From assembly GCA_963726255.1 (NCBI GenBank), contig CAVSBL010000002.1, forward strand, positions 1,568,001-1,632,000: a DNA stretch of 64,000 nt, in the 5' to 3' direction. The stretch's first letter is position 1; every line of letters begins with the position of its first letter. A model generated the notes under the pieces. The model was given only the letters and a program-made list of their open reading frames with translations. It had not been told where the DNA came from and ran no database searches. Source of the DNA: Candidatus Bathyarchaeota archaeon (GTDB taxonomy: Archaea > Thermoproteota > Bathyarchaeia > 40CM-2-53-6). The position numbers were made by a program, and so were the translations under genes. Shown piece by piece: positions 48,010 through 58,411 of the stretch.

Positions 48010-48515
48010 CGCGGCCAGCTCTCAATTTTGGAGAGTATTTTCTCAAATTCGTGTTCGCTTAAAGGTTCGTCTCCCGGCTGATGACCAGTCAGGAGCTTGA
48101 TCATCTGCTCGTCTTTCACAACATCTTCAAGGGTTTGCTTGTCATTCTCAGCGAGTTCCAGTATCTCTTTCTTCGACTGCATCGCTCCTGCCGCAACGGC
48201 TCCCAACGCGAGTGATTTGAGGTACTCCGACAGAATTCGCAACGACTTTCTATCGTGCCCGTACACCGCAGCATTAACAGTATCCGCAAGTTGCTGAAAC
48301 TCGTCCTCCTTCTGTTGGAGTGTTATCGCCTTTCCCTTCTGCGTGGGAACTGTACGGGCAACCGAACCAAGTATTATTGCGGACGCCAAGAAGAAGATCA
48401 GGCCCAGCGCAAACCAGTCGAGCTCTTGTATTTGAGAGAGAAACACATCGAGAACAATAACCGCGCCTGCGAAGAACAGTCCTAGCTCCAGGATTTGGTT
48501 GGCTTGTCTGTTCAT
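48006..48515 (-). CDS. Hypothetical membrane protein (MoxR cluster)
   Basis: Two N-terminal TM helices; start and stop overlap the neighbouring genes. Confidence 0.7.
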   Translation of the reverse strand: MNRQANQILELGLFFAGAVIVLDVFLSQIQELDWFALGLIFFLASAIILGSVARTVPTQKGKAITLQQKEDEFQQLADTVNAAVYGHDRKSLRILSEYLKSLALGAVAAGAMQSKKEILELAENDKQTLEDVVKDEQMIKLLTGHQPGDEPLSEHEFEKILSKIESWPR

Positions 48516-49399
48516 TTGTTGCCGCCAACTTTCGTTGAAAGAGCTTGCTGCAGAAATTGCAGATGACTTAGTGCCGTGATTCGCTTCTCTTCTGAAATTT
48601 CGTGGTTACTGTATCTTGCCTCTTCAAAGAGGAACGTTAAGCCGGTGACGGCTTCCTTTCCAATTTGCAACTTCGAAGAAATGTTCTCAGCGAATTCCCT
48701 GGCCGTTTCTTCCGAGGCTGCTTCTAAGCCTGCGTTGGAGAGAACCTCGCACATTTTCTTGTAGCATTGAAGGATGATTTCATGGTATTTCATCGTTGAT
48801 TTCAAACTAGTAATGGTTTCTTGGATGAGTTCGGCGGCTTGCTCCTTGACTTCAACCTGTGAATCAATGAAACGTATTCCTCTCGCTCGATAGGCCAAGC
48901 GTATTCCGCCAAAGATTAAGGTGAAAGACACCACTACTATCGCGCCTGTAATGAGTATCCCGTAGTAGAGGATTGGAGTCGTCGGAAGGAGCCCGGCGAT
49001 GGGACCTAACTGGGGGCGAGGCCCTGAAGTGTTTCCTGATCCGGAAATGCCTATCACGGCCATTCCTTGCAATCTGGTCAAGATTTGCTGCGGAAGGCCG
49101 GTCCATATTGCAATGATTCCCAGACCGAATAGGGCCGCGTAGACAGCAACAGTTAGCCAGAAGTTCGTTTCACGAGGCTTCGGTTCGTGCTGTAGCTTGA
49201 ACATTGCAGCCAGGGCGGCGATGATTTGATCCCTGTCCACAATTAGCACGATTAGGTACCACGTCATGATGGTTAGGATAAGAACTGGGGCCAGCCCACC
49301 GAGCACGGGTGACTTTGGTACCGCACCAACAACGGACACGGTCGGGATCAATATCGTAGTCAATAGGACCGAAAGAACAAATGCGTTTTTTCCCGACAT
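48512..49399 (-). CDS. DUF4129-domain membrane protein
   Basis: TM helices then I..CY..M......G......ETAREF...LT.LFEEARYS.H. Confidence 0.85.
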   Translation of the reverse strand: MSGKNAFVLSVLLTTILIPTVSVVGAVPKSPVLGGLAPVLILTIMTWYLIVLIVDRDQIIAALAAMFKLQHEPKPRETNFWLTVAVYAALFGLGIIAIWTGLPQQILTRLQGMAVIGISGSGNTSGPRPQLGPIAGLLPTTPILYYGILITGAIVVVSFTLIFGGIRLAYRARGIRFIDSQVEVKEQAAELIQETITSLKSTMKYHEIILQCYKKMCEVLSNAGLEAASEETAREFAENISSKLQIGKEAVTGLTFLFEEARYSNHEISEEKRITALSHLQFLQQALSTKVGGNK

Positions 49400-49428
49400 C
49401 GCCTGTTACCTCACGCAGAAACATTGGC

Positions 49429-50043
49429 CTACCGTGGTACTGATTTGATTCTCATCAAGCGAGTAACCAGTTTCCAGACTTCCAAATGCACAGTTCTAGG
49501 GTCATTCTCACCGTCTATAATTTTCCAGCCATACCTTCTTGCGAGGCGCGAGTATGTGTTTCCAACCTCTCTAAGATACTGACGGTCGCCCTCATGAATA
49601 TCCCTCTTCTCACGTTTCCTTCTAAATGATGTTCGCGGCGCGATACGAAGAACGAGCACCAAATCTGGCTTCGGTAAGCCATTCTCTAATGATTTAAGCC
49701 AAGCTAGTGGCAAACCGTGTGCTACGCCGTAAGCTAAGTTCGAGGGGCTGTAACGGTTCACAATCACGTTGTGCCCGTGACCAATTAAACGATTGAGTTC
49801 TTGCGCCCTTTCCCATTTGTTTGCCGCGTAGAGAAGATGTACGGCGTGATAGTCCAGTAGGTTTCTTCCAGCTAGGTAGACCCTCAATTGCCTACCTACC
49901 GGCGTTCGATAGTCAGGGAAATCCCAGACAGATACAGCGCAGCCATTCCTCACTAGCCGTCTGGCTAAGAGAATCGCTTGGGTTCTCTTTCCCGACTGAT
50001 CTATGCCTTCGAATGCGATGAGGCGTCCTCGAGTCACTTGCAA
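49429..50043 (-). CDS. tmk: Thymidylate kinase
   Basis: FEGID.SGK.TQ, FP.Y, RY..S..AY, LPKPD. Confidence 0.92.
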   Translation of the reverse strand: MQVTRGRLIAFEGIDQSGKRTQAILLARRLVRNGCAVSVWDFPDYRTPVGRQLRVYLAGRNLLDYHAVHLLYAANKWERAQELNRLIGHGHNVIVNRYSPSNLAYGVAHGLPLAWLKSLENGLPKPDLVLVLRIAPRTSFRRKREKRDIHEGDRQYLREVGNTYSRLARRYGWKIIDGENDPRTVHLEVWKLVTRLMRIKSVPR

Positions 50044-50047
50044 TAGC

Positions 50048-50458
50048 CTACTTGCGTTTCTTCTCTATTTTGCGTATTCTGTAGATGTCTAGCCAGATGT
50101 TTTCGAAGCCTTGTACGAAGGCTACGTCCCAGACTCCATATTTCATAGGGCCGATTTTCGTTGGATACCCGGCATCATTCAGCTTCTTGAGCAACCCCTC
50201 AAAATCGTCGACTTCAAAGCCAAGATGATCCAACTCCTCTCCTTCTCGAAATGGGCCCGCAACCGGACTGTCGTCAGTGTACCAGTTCAGTTCCAACCAA
50301 TGTCTTTTACCCTTACTGACTAAGTTGGCGAATTCGCCCTTTGTCCAATTGGCCTTAACGCGCGACCGTAACGTCATTCCAAGATATTTCGTGAAAAATG
50401 CAATTGCTCCGTCGAGATTACGGACACGGATGCCTGTGTATCCGAACCTGGGTTTCAT
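50048..50458 (-). CDS. VOC (glyoxalase-like) family protein
   Basis: GIRVRNL..AI.FF...LG, LELN, DHLGFEV.D. Confidence 0.88.
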   Translation of the reverse strand: MKPRFGYTGIRVRNLDGAIAFFTKYLGMTLRSRVKANWTKGEFANLVSKGKRHWLELNWYTDDSPVAGPFREGEELDHLGFEVDDFEGLLKKLNDAGYPTKIGPMKYGVWDVAFVQGFENIWLDIYRIRKIEKKRK

Positions 50459-50468
50459 TTGCAGGCCT

Positions 50469-51458
50469 TCAGAAGGATCTGGAAACAAGGAACTCTGCGA
50501 TTGAGGCCAAGTTGTTCCTGGCCTCGGACATTGAAAGCGTATTGAGAGCAGTTAAGGCGTTTGCCAAGTACATTTCAGCCTGCGATTTAGCGTACTTGAT
50601 TGAATCGTACTTCTCGTAGAGACCAATCACTCTTCGTATTTCGCTCTTAGTGATGTTCTTCTTCCCAAGAAGGCGAGTGAAAGTCTTTTTGTCCTTGGGG
50701 CTCGCTGCGATTAGTAGATGGGCGGCCATGACCGTCTTTTTGCCCTCACGAATATCACCGCCAATCTCCTTTCCGTACTCTTTAGCGTCACCTGCCACGT
50801 TCAGTATGTCGTCCACAATCTGGAATGCAATTCCTACCGTTTCACCAAACTTACCGAGCGTCTCAAGTTGTTCCGGTGAGCTTCCTCCGGCAATTGCACC
50901 GGCTTCGGTGGATAACGCCGTGAGGGCGCCTGTTTTGAATCTGAGAAGCTTGATTATCTCTTCTTCTGTGAATTGCTTGCGGCGCCACATGCTGAATTCA
51001 AACGCTTGCCCCCAAGTTATTCCGTAAGCGCGCTCCGCAATTTTCGCGACAAGCCGCTGGCAACGCTCTGCCGGAATTCTGCTCGCGTCAGCGATTTCGA
51101 ACACCTTGATGAGCATTGCGTCCCCCGCGTTAATGGCGGTTGGGACACCGTATATCCTGTGTATGCAGGGTTTTCCGCGTCGAAGTTCGCTTTGGTCTTC
51201 AATGTCGTCGTGGACTAGGGTCATGTTGTGAAGAAGCTCGACCGCTGCGGCAGCCCCAATTGCTTCCTCCATCTTTCCCCCAACGCATTCACAGCCTAAG
51301 AAAGTCAACGCTGGTCGGATACGTTTCCCGCCTCTGTCAAGCAGATCCCAAACCGAAGCGTAGAATTCCTGCGGCTCTCCGTTTCGCGGCAGGTACCGCT
51401 CCAATTCAGTTTCGACGTCCGCTTTGTACTGCCCGAGAATTTCGAGGACCGGTTTCAT
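50469..51458 (-). CDS. idsA: Short-chain isoprenyl diphosphate (GGPP) synthase
   Basis: GGKRIRP, HDDIED.S.LRRG (FARM), KTG, FQIVDD (SARM). Confidence 0.92.
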   Translation of the reverse strand: MKPVLEILGQYKADVETELERYLPRNGEPQEFYASVWDLLDRGGKRIRPALTFLGCECVGGKMEEAIGAAAAVELLHNMTLVHDDIEDQSELRRGKPCIHRIYGVPTAINAGDAMLIKVFEIADASRIPAERCQRLVAKIAERAYGITWGQAFEFSMWRRKQFTEEEIIKLLRFKTGALTALSTEAGAIAGGSSPEQLETLGKFGETVGIAFQIVDDILNVAGDAKEYGKEIGGDIREGKKTVMAAHLLIAASPKDKKTFTRLLGKKNITKSEIRRVIGLYEKYDSIKYAKSQAEMYLANALTALNTLSMSEARNNLASIAEFLVSRSF

Positions 51459-51498
51459 GTTGAAGCAGAATGTGCAACGTTGTTCTTCAAGTCATCTA

Positions 51499-52360
51499 TT
51501 AGACTCCAGCAAGCGTGACCAAAAGGTCTGTGATGAAACCGGCGAATATGCCAAAGAAGAAACCCGTCATCAAAATATCGTTCGCTGCTTGCCTTCTACC
51601 AGCGTTGTACATCAGCATCGTTACGTAGACTAGTGCACCTCCAGCAACACTAAGGAAGAAGATGTATGCGACGGCTGAGGACCAGAGGCTACCGAGCGCG
51701 GTTCCGATGAATGTTGGCCCTCCCCCAACCAAACCAGCGAGAACGAGAAAACGAAGACTCGGCCTCTTTGTTAGGTCCGTTAGGGGAGCTGCAATGCCGA
51801 ACCCCTCCGTTGCATTATGCGCGGCGAACCCTACTACCAGAACAAGTGCAAGTCCTATTGCTCCCTGCGTGTATGATTCGCCGATTGCTAGTCCTTCGCT
51901 GAAATTGTGGGCTCCGATACCTATGGCAATCATCATGGATAGTCGGTAACTGTCAACCTGTTGGACCAGTTGTAATTCCTGCTTTTCTAGGGCATGGTCT
52001 CCGTTTCGTGATGTTGCACCGTTCAACGGGGATTGGACAAAGCTTTGCTTCATGTAACGGGTTCCGTAGAACGTGAGTCCTAGGAGCCCGACTGCCAATC
52101 CGCCGAACATAGCGAGAAGAGATAGCGCAGCATTCGCAGCGGGACCCGAGCCGGTGAAGGCGCTCGTGGTTACTTCTTCCGGACTGCCAAGCGTGACTTA
52201 AGACATCCACTGTGAGAAATATCAGAATACCAGTCGCGACAGCGTTCAGGAACCCCTTCTTCTTCTGGCTCATGCCCCCGATCGCGGCGAGTGGCAATCC
52301 CAGAAAAATCGTCAGGCCAGCGAACGCACCAAGTAGGAGAACTTCAGGATAGCTGACCAA
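51499..52360 (-). CDS. ZIP-family divalent metal transporter (frameshift near 52180)
   Basis: N-terminal TMs in ORF 51953-52360 continue in another frame into HNFSEG and HNATEG metal motifs. Confidence 0.85.
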
Positions 52361-52445
52361 TGTAGGGTGTCACGCAACGCAACATGACATACGGCATACT
52401 TAAGCTTCTTCACACTAGTCTAATCGGCGAAGTTAGCAAATCGTT

Positions 52446-54704
52446 CTAGGCTCCAGATCGTGGTTTGTACTTTGAAGTGAGCACTCGCCTAATCTCCTCT
52501 GAGATCTTCTCCCCAATTCCCGTCACTGACATTAGCTCCTCTCGCGAAGCTTGGAATACGCGCTCGACGCTCTGAAACGAGTTGAGCAGTTTCTCCGCCC
52601 GGCTACGGTCGATATTTGGCAAGCTAGCTACGATGAATTCCTGTTGCTCTTCGATAGTTGACGGCTTAGCCGCCGTCATTATCCGTGGGGTACGTTTATC
52701 CTGAATCTGCTCGCGCCTAGCTATCGCGAACATTAGTTGAGCCGCCTCAGAAGGCTTCTGAGCCCAAACAATGGGAATTCCATAGTCTATCAGGAGGCTG
52801 GCGTATGCGCCCATCATTGCTTCAGGCCGTACACGGCCTGACCCCGCTAGCGTCGCGCCTTCCACAACGATGATTGGTTTCGCGTAGGATTCCTTGAGTT
52901 TTGCTGCCTGCTGGAACAGCCTCCCGTCAATTATTGATGACGCGAAGTCGTCCACATCTTTCCGTTCCACCACAACGCGGTCCGAGAGAACAAAGTCGCC
53001 TACATCTAACGTCTGGGATTTTATGAGCGCACCTAGTTTTGCTAATTCTCTTGTCACTAGAGCGCCGAGCTCCCTAGAGTCGGCCACGATTGTTATTTCT
53101 TCCAATTTCCTTTCCTTCTCATTTGTTGAGATGTATTTCTCCATTCTTACTTGGTCCGGGGCGTACTCCTTTTGGGTACTGATGAACTGCCTTATCGCAG
53201 AGGCCATCTGGCGTTCTCTCCGCTGCGATATCCAATAATAGGCTTCATCGCGAGTGCCTTTCGCTATCAGAATTATTGCTTCACCAGGACCTTTTCGTCC
53301 GGTTCTTCCCCGGCGCTGGATGTAGCGTATTGCGCTTGGGACAGTGTCATAGAAGACGACCTCATCGCACTCCACTATGTCGAGGCCCTCCTCACCAATT
53401 TGGGTTGCAACAAGAACATTGAATGCGCCAGACCTGAAATCGTCGAGTATCGCACCTTGTTTCTTCTGAGTTAGGCCGCGATCCCTTGTGCGCGACGCTT
53501 GCCCGACAAGGCGTACCGCGGATACGCCTTCAACTTTGTTTAGAAGTTCAACAAGCCTTGAAGCTGTCGTTCGGTAATTAGTGAACACCATGATGCGGCG
53601 TGCTCCCCTACCGAGGGCCGCACGTATTGCTTTGATTAGCTCGGTCACTTTTGGGTGGTCGGCTTCTTTCGCCACCACATCGTTAACGATTGTAGCTACT
53701 CGCTTTATCCTGGAGTCGTCAAGAATCATCTTCAGCGCTGGAGAGGACCGTTTCCTGGATTTCTCCTGAAGCCCATCCAAATGTTCCTTTACTGCTGGAA
53801 AACCTTGCGTCTCAAGAAATTCAATTGCTCGAATTGCATTTACCGCCGCATAGACATAACCGAGGTAGGCTTTGGCGTCCCTATTACCCCTCGCAACATC
53901 TCCCAGTATCCTCTCCCTCGCAGCAAGGACGTCTCGTAAGCGAATCCTGTCCATAGCCGCCGTTTCAAGATAACCGTGGTCCCGAATTGACCGCAATTTG
54001 TCCCGCAAAAAGGCCTCCAGTTCTCGCTTAACTTCGTAGAATATTCGCGGAAGATCAACGGTAACCCACTTCACCTCTATTCCGCCAACGTACGACCTAA
54101 CGTCTTCACTTTCGATGGTCCGTGCTTCGACCCATTCCATGTGAAGGTTCTTGCAAATTTCGCGAACATCAGCTTCGCTAGAGCCTGGCGATGCAGTTAG
54201 TCCAAGTATGAGGCTGTCGTTGGTTCCCGCGTATCGATCCGCGATGAATCCGTATGGGTAATCGCCGACTCCTCTGTGCGCCTCGTCGAAGATTATCAAT
54301 GAGAGATTGTCGAGTGGAATTTTCCCTGTGAGAAGGTCGTTCATGAAGACCTGTGGAGTACAGAATATCACACGTTTTTTCCAATCATTCACTCTTTCGC
54401 CTGGCGCAACTTCACCTGTGAGCCAGACCGTCGATTGCGCGTCGATGTTGAGGAGCTTCTGAAAGGTCCGGTAATGTTGTAATACGAGAGGCTTTGTTGG
54501 AGCCAACATTACAACCCCTTTGTTTGGAAAACGCTTGAGTCTTTCAGCTGCCACGTAAGCTGCGACAACCGACTTCCCGAGCCCCGTTGGCAAGCAAACT
54601 AGAGTGTTCATGTGAAGGGCAGTGCGTGCTATAGCTTCCTGGTAGCTACGCCGGTCAATCGAGTCGAGTCTCAGTAAAGAATTGGAACTGAAGTCTAGAG
54701 GCAT
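52446..54704 (-). CDS. hef: Hef (FANCM-like SF2 helicase + XPF nuclease)
   Basis: LPTGLGKS, DEAH, TASP, QRRGRTGR, then GDF...VERK..DD nuclease and HhH2. Confidence 0.95.
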   Translation of the reverse strand: MPLDFSSNSLLRLDSIDRRSYQEAIARTALHMNTLVCLPTGLGKSVVAAYVAAERLKRFPNKGVVMLAPTKPLVLQHYRTFQKLLNIDAQSTVWLTGEVAPGERVNDWKKRVIFCTPQVFMNDLLTGKIPLDNLSLIIFDEAHRGVGDYPYGFIADRYAGTNDSLILGLTASPGSSEADVREICKNLHMEWVEARTIESEDVRSYVGGIEVKWVTVDLPRIFYEVKRELEAFLRDKLRSIRDHGYLETAAMDRIRLRDVLAARERILGDVARGNRDAKAYLGYVYAAVNAIRAIEFLETQGFPAVKEHLDGLQEKSRKRSSPALKMILDDSRIKRVATIVNDVVAKEADHPKVTELIKAIRAALGRGARRIMVFTNYRTTASRLVELLNKVEGVSAVRLVGQASRTRDRGLTQKKQGAILDDFRSGAFNVLVATQIGEEGLDIVECDEVVFYDTVPSAIRYIQRRGRTGRKGPGEAIILIAKGTRDEAYYWISQRRERQMASAIRQFISTQKEYAPDQVRMEKYISTNEKERKLEEITIVADSRELGALVTRELAKLGALIKSQTLDVGDFVLSDRVVVERKDVDDFASSIIDGRLFQQAAKLKESYAKPIIVVEGATLAGSGRVRPEAMMGAYASLLIDYGIPIVWAQKPSEAAQLMFAIARREQIQDKRTPRIMTAAKPSTIEEQQEFIVASLPNIDRSRAEKLLNSFQSVERVFQASREELMSVTGIGEKISEEIRRVLTSKYKPRSGA

Positions 54705-54833
54705 GTACTGTGCGCCCTACCCGCTGGGCTTAGTATGAAACCTATTGAGGGGCGTATAAGTCACGGGGTGGAACCCGTGTTCGACTAACGCAACCGAGCC
54801 CTTAGGGCGGAGCCGTTGCCAAGCAAATGTGGC

Positions 54834-55721
54834 CTAAGTTTGTTTCGCGCCGCATGCGCCACAGAACTTCGCGGACGCCGGAAGCTCGGCCCCACAACTC
54901 ATGCAGAACCTTTTGACCTCCGCGGGAGGCGGCGGTGTGGGAACTGGTGCAGCGGCACCACAGGTTGGGCAGAATTTATGTTGTGGTTGAAGTGGAGTTC
55001 CGCACGAAGCGCAAACTAAACCACTAACGGCGCTTGGTTGAACTCGCAGCTCTTGCGGAGCCCCGTCATTATAGAGCAACCCAAGCGACCTGAAGATGAA
55101 GACACTTAGGATGGGTGAGATTACGGCGGAAATTACCCAGCCTACGTAAGGTATCAACCCAGCTACCCCACCCAACACTATGGTGATAATGACCAGTACC
55201 ACTATCCATCCGATGTACTTTCTCCAACCGATACTACGAATAATGCCGAGTATTTCGCCGAAAGCGAAGGCTTTCCCGAATTTCCCGGTCTTCAACATGT
55301 GAGCCATACCGACAGCGAGCAAAATCAATAGAATGATTCCTGACAGAACACCGACTAACAATAAGATCGCGCCAGCTCCACCAAGCATCACACTCGGGAC
55401 GACTACACTACCCTGCATCGAGAGCAAACCAGCAAATAGCGAAGCTCCACCCGTCGCGATAAGGATTATTGGAATCAACATGTAGATCAGCGATGCGAAG
55501 AAGACCTTCGCACCGTCGACGAACATTTCGCCGTACCTTTCGAGTTTCGGCGGCACTTCAGTGCCTGGGGATTCCCTTAGCACTCTAGCGGCATACCCAA
55601 CCACGATCCAGTTGACAATGGGTATAATGTCGAGTACTATGAGGATTATGAGCCTGCCGCCATCGCTCAGCAGTCTCTTCGCGAATTCGAAGCTGTTTCT
55701 CAGATTTTCGGTAAGGTTCAA
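54834..55721 (-). CDS. DUF4013 membrane protein with C-terminal double zinc ribbon
   Basis: IIPIVNWIV.GY, P.L..YG.MF.DG, AFAF; Pro-rich linker and four CxxC. Confidence 0.82.
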   Translation of the reverse strand: MNLTENLRNSFEFAKRLLSDGGRLIILIVLDIIPIVNWIVVGYAARVLRESPGTEVPPKLERYGEMFVDGAKVFFASLIYMLIPIILIATGGASLFAGLLSMQGSVVVPSVMLGGAGAILLLVGVLSGIILLILLAVGMAHMLKTGKFGKAFAFGEILGIIRSIGWRKYIGWIVVLVIITIVLGGVAGLIPYVGWVISAVISPILSVFIFRSLGLLYNDGAPQELRVQPSAVSGLVCASCGTPLQPQHKFCPTCGAAAPVPTPPPPAEVKRFCMSCGAELPASAKFCGACGAKQT

Positions 55722-55753
55722 TCTAATGCACCTTCATGAAGAATCGTTTGCTG

Positions 55754-56446
55754 TTACCTACCCTTACCAGAGTAGAGTATTCCAAGCGACCTAAAGAAGA
55801 AAACTGCAACGGCGGGTGAGATGATTGCTCCGATTAGCCACCCCACCAAGGGGATTACCGTAGTTAGGGCGCTGACTAGGGCCGCTATGATGGCCACAAG
55901 AATAACCCAGGCTAGGTATTTACCCCACCCAATTCCGCGAACCACGCCCAAGATCTCTCCGAACGCGAATGCTTTGCCAAATTTCCCCTTCTTGATCATG
56001 TGAGCAATAGCCGCGCCCAGTACAATTAGTGCCAAGAAAGCGAGGATCACTCCCACTACTAGCAGGGCGATCCCTGTGCCACCGAGAACGAACATTCCAC
56101 CCGCTTCCGCGGGGCCCGCCGTCCCAGAGAACATGCTACCCCCCATAAACATCCCTGAGAGAAAAGAAGCGATGCCCACTCCAATCAGGAGCAGAGGAAC
56201 GATCATGTAGATGAGCGAAACGAAGAAGATCTTGGCGCCTTCAATGAAGAGGTCTCCGTAGTCTTCAAGCTTGGGGGGGATCTTACCTCCAGGAGCCTCC
56301 TTTAACACTCTAGAGGCGTAGCCGACGACAATCCAATTGACTATTGGGATTATGTCTAATATGATCAGGATTAGCAGTCTACCTCCGTCGCTGAACAATT
56401 TCTTGGCGTAATCGAAACTGTTACTGAAATTATCACCGATGTCCAT
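55754..56446 (-). CDS. DUF4013 membrane protein (tandem paralog)
   Basis: Near-identical N-terminal motifs to the downstream gene; no Zn ribbon. Confidence 0.82.
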   Translation of the reverse strand: MDIGDNFSNSFDYAKKLFSDGGRLLILIILDIIPIVNWIVVGYASRVLKEAPGGKIPPKLEDYGDLFIEGAKIFFVSLIYMIVPLLLIGVGIASFLSGMFMGGSMFSGTAGPAEAGGMFVLGGTGIALLVVGVILAFLALIVLGAAIAHMIKKGKFGKAFAFGEILGVVRGIGWGKYLAWVILVAIIAALVSALTTVIPLVGWLIGAIISPAVAVFFFRSLGILYSGKGR

Positions 56447-56541
56447 TAGAGTGCACTTGTGAGAGAAGCGCCGTCAGAACATATAAAATGGTACGAAAGT
56501 CAACCTCCAACGGCATGGTGTTCTTCTTTGGACGATCGAGA

Positions 56542-56895
56542 TTACTCAGAGCTCTGATTCCTGAGCCGCCTCAACTTCTCTATTGCGCCCAGCCAAATAG
56601 CCAGGGCGTTACCGTAGGCAACTAACTTCTCTAGGTCCGTCTCATTTTTCATCGCCATATTGACCTCACGAATTTTGGATAACAAGGTCTGTTCGGAGTC
56701 TTCGAGAACATTGTCGGCCATTAATCGTGTCTCTTGTTCAGCCGACTCGATGATTACCACTAGTTTGTTGCATTTCGGGCAGAAGGTTTCCTTGCCCTTC
56801 CGAAATAGTGGAGTTCCGCACTCGGGGCAAGTCTCGGATAGCATTGTCGCCCCTGACTTGAGGAGTTCAGCCATCTTCTTGACTTCGATGCTCAC
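56542..56895 (-). CDS. UPF0148 / Sjogren-scleroderma autoantigen p27 (SSSCA1) Zn-ribbon protein
   Basis: KMAELL.SGATML...CP.CG.PLF.......CP.C; divergent from UPF0147 as is typical. Confidence 0.88.
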   Translation of the reverse strand: MSIEVKKMAELLKSGATMLSETCPECGTPLFRKGKETFCPKCNKLVVIIESAEQETRLMADNVLEDSEQTLLSKIREVNMAMKNETDLEKLVAYGNALAIWLGAIEKLRRLRNQSSE

Positions 56896-57053
56896 GGCCG
56901 TAGACCATGGAAGAGTATGGTAAACCACTATTACACCTTGTTGGCGACTAAGAGAGATCGGTACAAGGGCGAACTGCTCGTTGAGAAAGACTTTAGATAT
57001 TGCCTTCGAATGAGTCTGATTGAAAGGTCGCCTGTCATGCGGGGTGGTCCGCT

Positions 57054-57335
57054 ATGTCAACTAAGGTCAAACGCAAAGAAGAATACGAGGGCCGAATTAA
57101 GCAGGCGCTGGGTGTTCTAAACGAGGTTTCTAACGATAATACGACCCCTCGCAATATCCGCCGTGCGGCAAAGAGTGCGATGGATATGCTTCAGCTTGGG
57201 GACCTGAGTATAGGCGTTCGCGCAGCGAACGCAATTTCCATTTTGGATGATATAAGCCAGGACCCGAACATGCCGCCTTATACACGCGTGAAAATCTGGA
57301 ATTCCGTAAGCCTGCTTGAAGCCATTAAAGACTAG
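57054..57335 (+). CDS. UPF0147 family protein
   Basis: D..TPRNIRRAA, RAA.AIS.LD.IS.DPNMP..TR..IW. Confidence 0.93.
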   Translation: MSTKVKRKEEYEGRIKQALGVLNEVSNDNTTPRNIRRAAKSAMDMLQLGDLSIGVRAANAISILDDISQDPNMPPYTRVKIWNSVSLLEAIKD

Positions 57336-57416
57336 GAAATCTTTGGTGATTGCTGGCGCTTATTCGCGCCTCGTTTATTTAAGCCGCCGTGAACAAATTC
57401 CCAGGTTGATTTTGTC

Positions 57417-58411
57417 TTGGACGCCGCTGTCCAAACCCTCGACATTACGAAGCGTTTCGGAGACCTTACGGCAGTCGATAGAATCAACTTGACTATTGAT
57501 TCGAAGGAAATATTCGGTCTACTGGGTCCGAACGGAGCTGGTAAAACAACGCTCATCCGTATGCTCACAACTGTGCTTCAACCTACGGAGGGCACGGCCA
57601 AGATTGCAGGGTTTGACATTCGCAAGAATCCGGACGAAGTTCGGAAGAGCATAGGTGTAGTCTCTCAAGCGATGACATTGGATGTTGAATTGACGGCCTG
57701 GGAAAATATGGAACTCTATGCAAAATATTACGGGGTTCCAAGCCAAACCAGGAAGAAGCGAATCAAAGAGCTTCTTGGCGTCGTGGGCTTAGCTGACCGT
57801 TCCGATTTCACCGCGGAAGCTACTCTGGAGGTATGAAGAGGCGCCTGGAGCTGGTGAGGTCGCTTGTTCACAGACCTAAGGTTCTATTCTTGGACGAACC
57901 AACCACAGGCCTCGACCCGCAAGCACGAAGTGCAGTTTGGGAGTACCTGGCGAAAATCCACAAGGAACAGAATATCACGATAGTGCTTACGACGCATTAC
58001 CTCGACGAAGCCGAGGCGCTGTGCGATAGGGTCGCAATTGTCGATTATGGAAAAATGATGGCGCTGGGAACGCCTGCGGAATTGAAGCGGAAGGTAATGG
58101 GAGGCGATGTCGTGGAGGCTGAGTTCGCAGATTTGCCGAATTCGGCCTTCGAAGCACTGACTAATGCGAAGTTCGCTTTACAGGTAAAGAAACACGAGCA
58201 AACCCTGACAATCCTCGTAAAGAGTGGGGCAGAAGCCGTCCCGAGGATCGTTGAGCTTGTTAACGAGAACGGCGGCAAAATTCGTACCGTCACGTTACGT
58301 GAGCCCACGCTGGATGATGTGTTTCTCCACTTCACTGGGCGAAGCATTCGAGAAGACACGGCCATCACCAAGAAGAGATTCGTTAGTGCTTGGGAGGGTA
58401 TGAGACGATGA
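57417..58411 (+). CDS. ABC-2 (DrrA-like) exporter ATP-binding protein (frameshift near 57815)
   Basis: GPNGAGKTT; YSGGMKRR signature restored by one added G; FLDEPT.GLD, TTHY. Confidence 0.9.

Noticed and set aside
54760-54820. GC-rich hairpins upstream of hef (CACGGG/CCCGTG; GCAAC..GCCC/GGGC..GTTGC) as a K-turn or ncRNA
   Set aside because: Bulge geometry does not fit a K-turn; the stems are short and may be chance or terminator elements.
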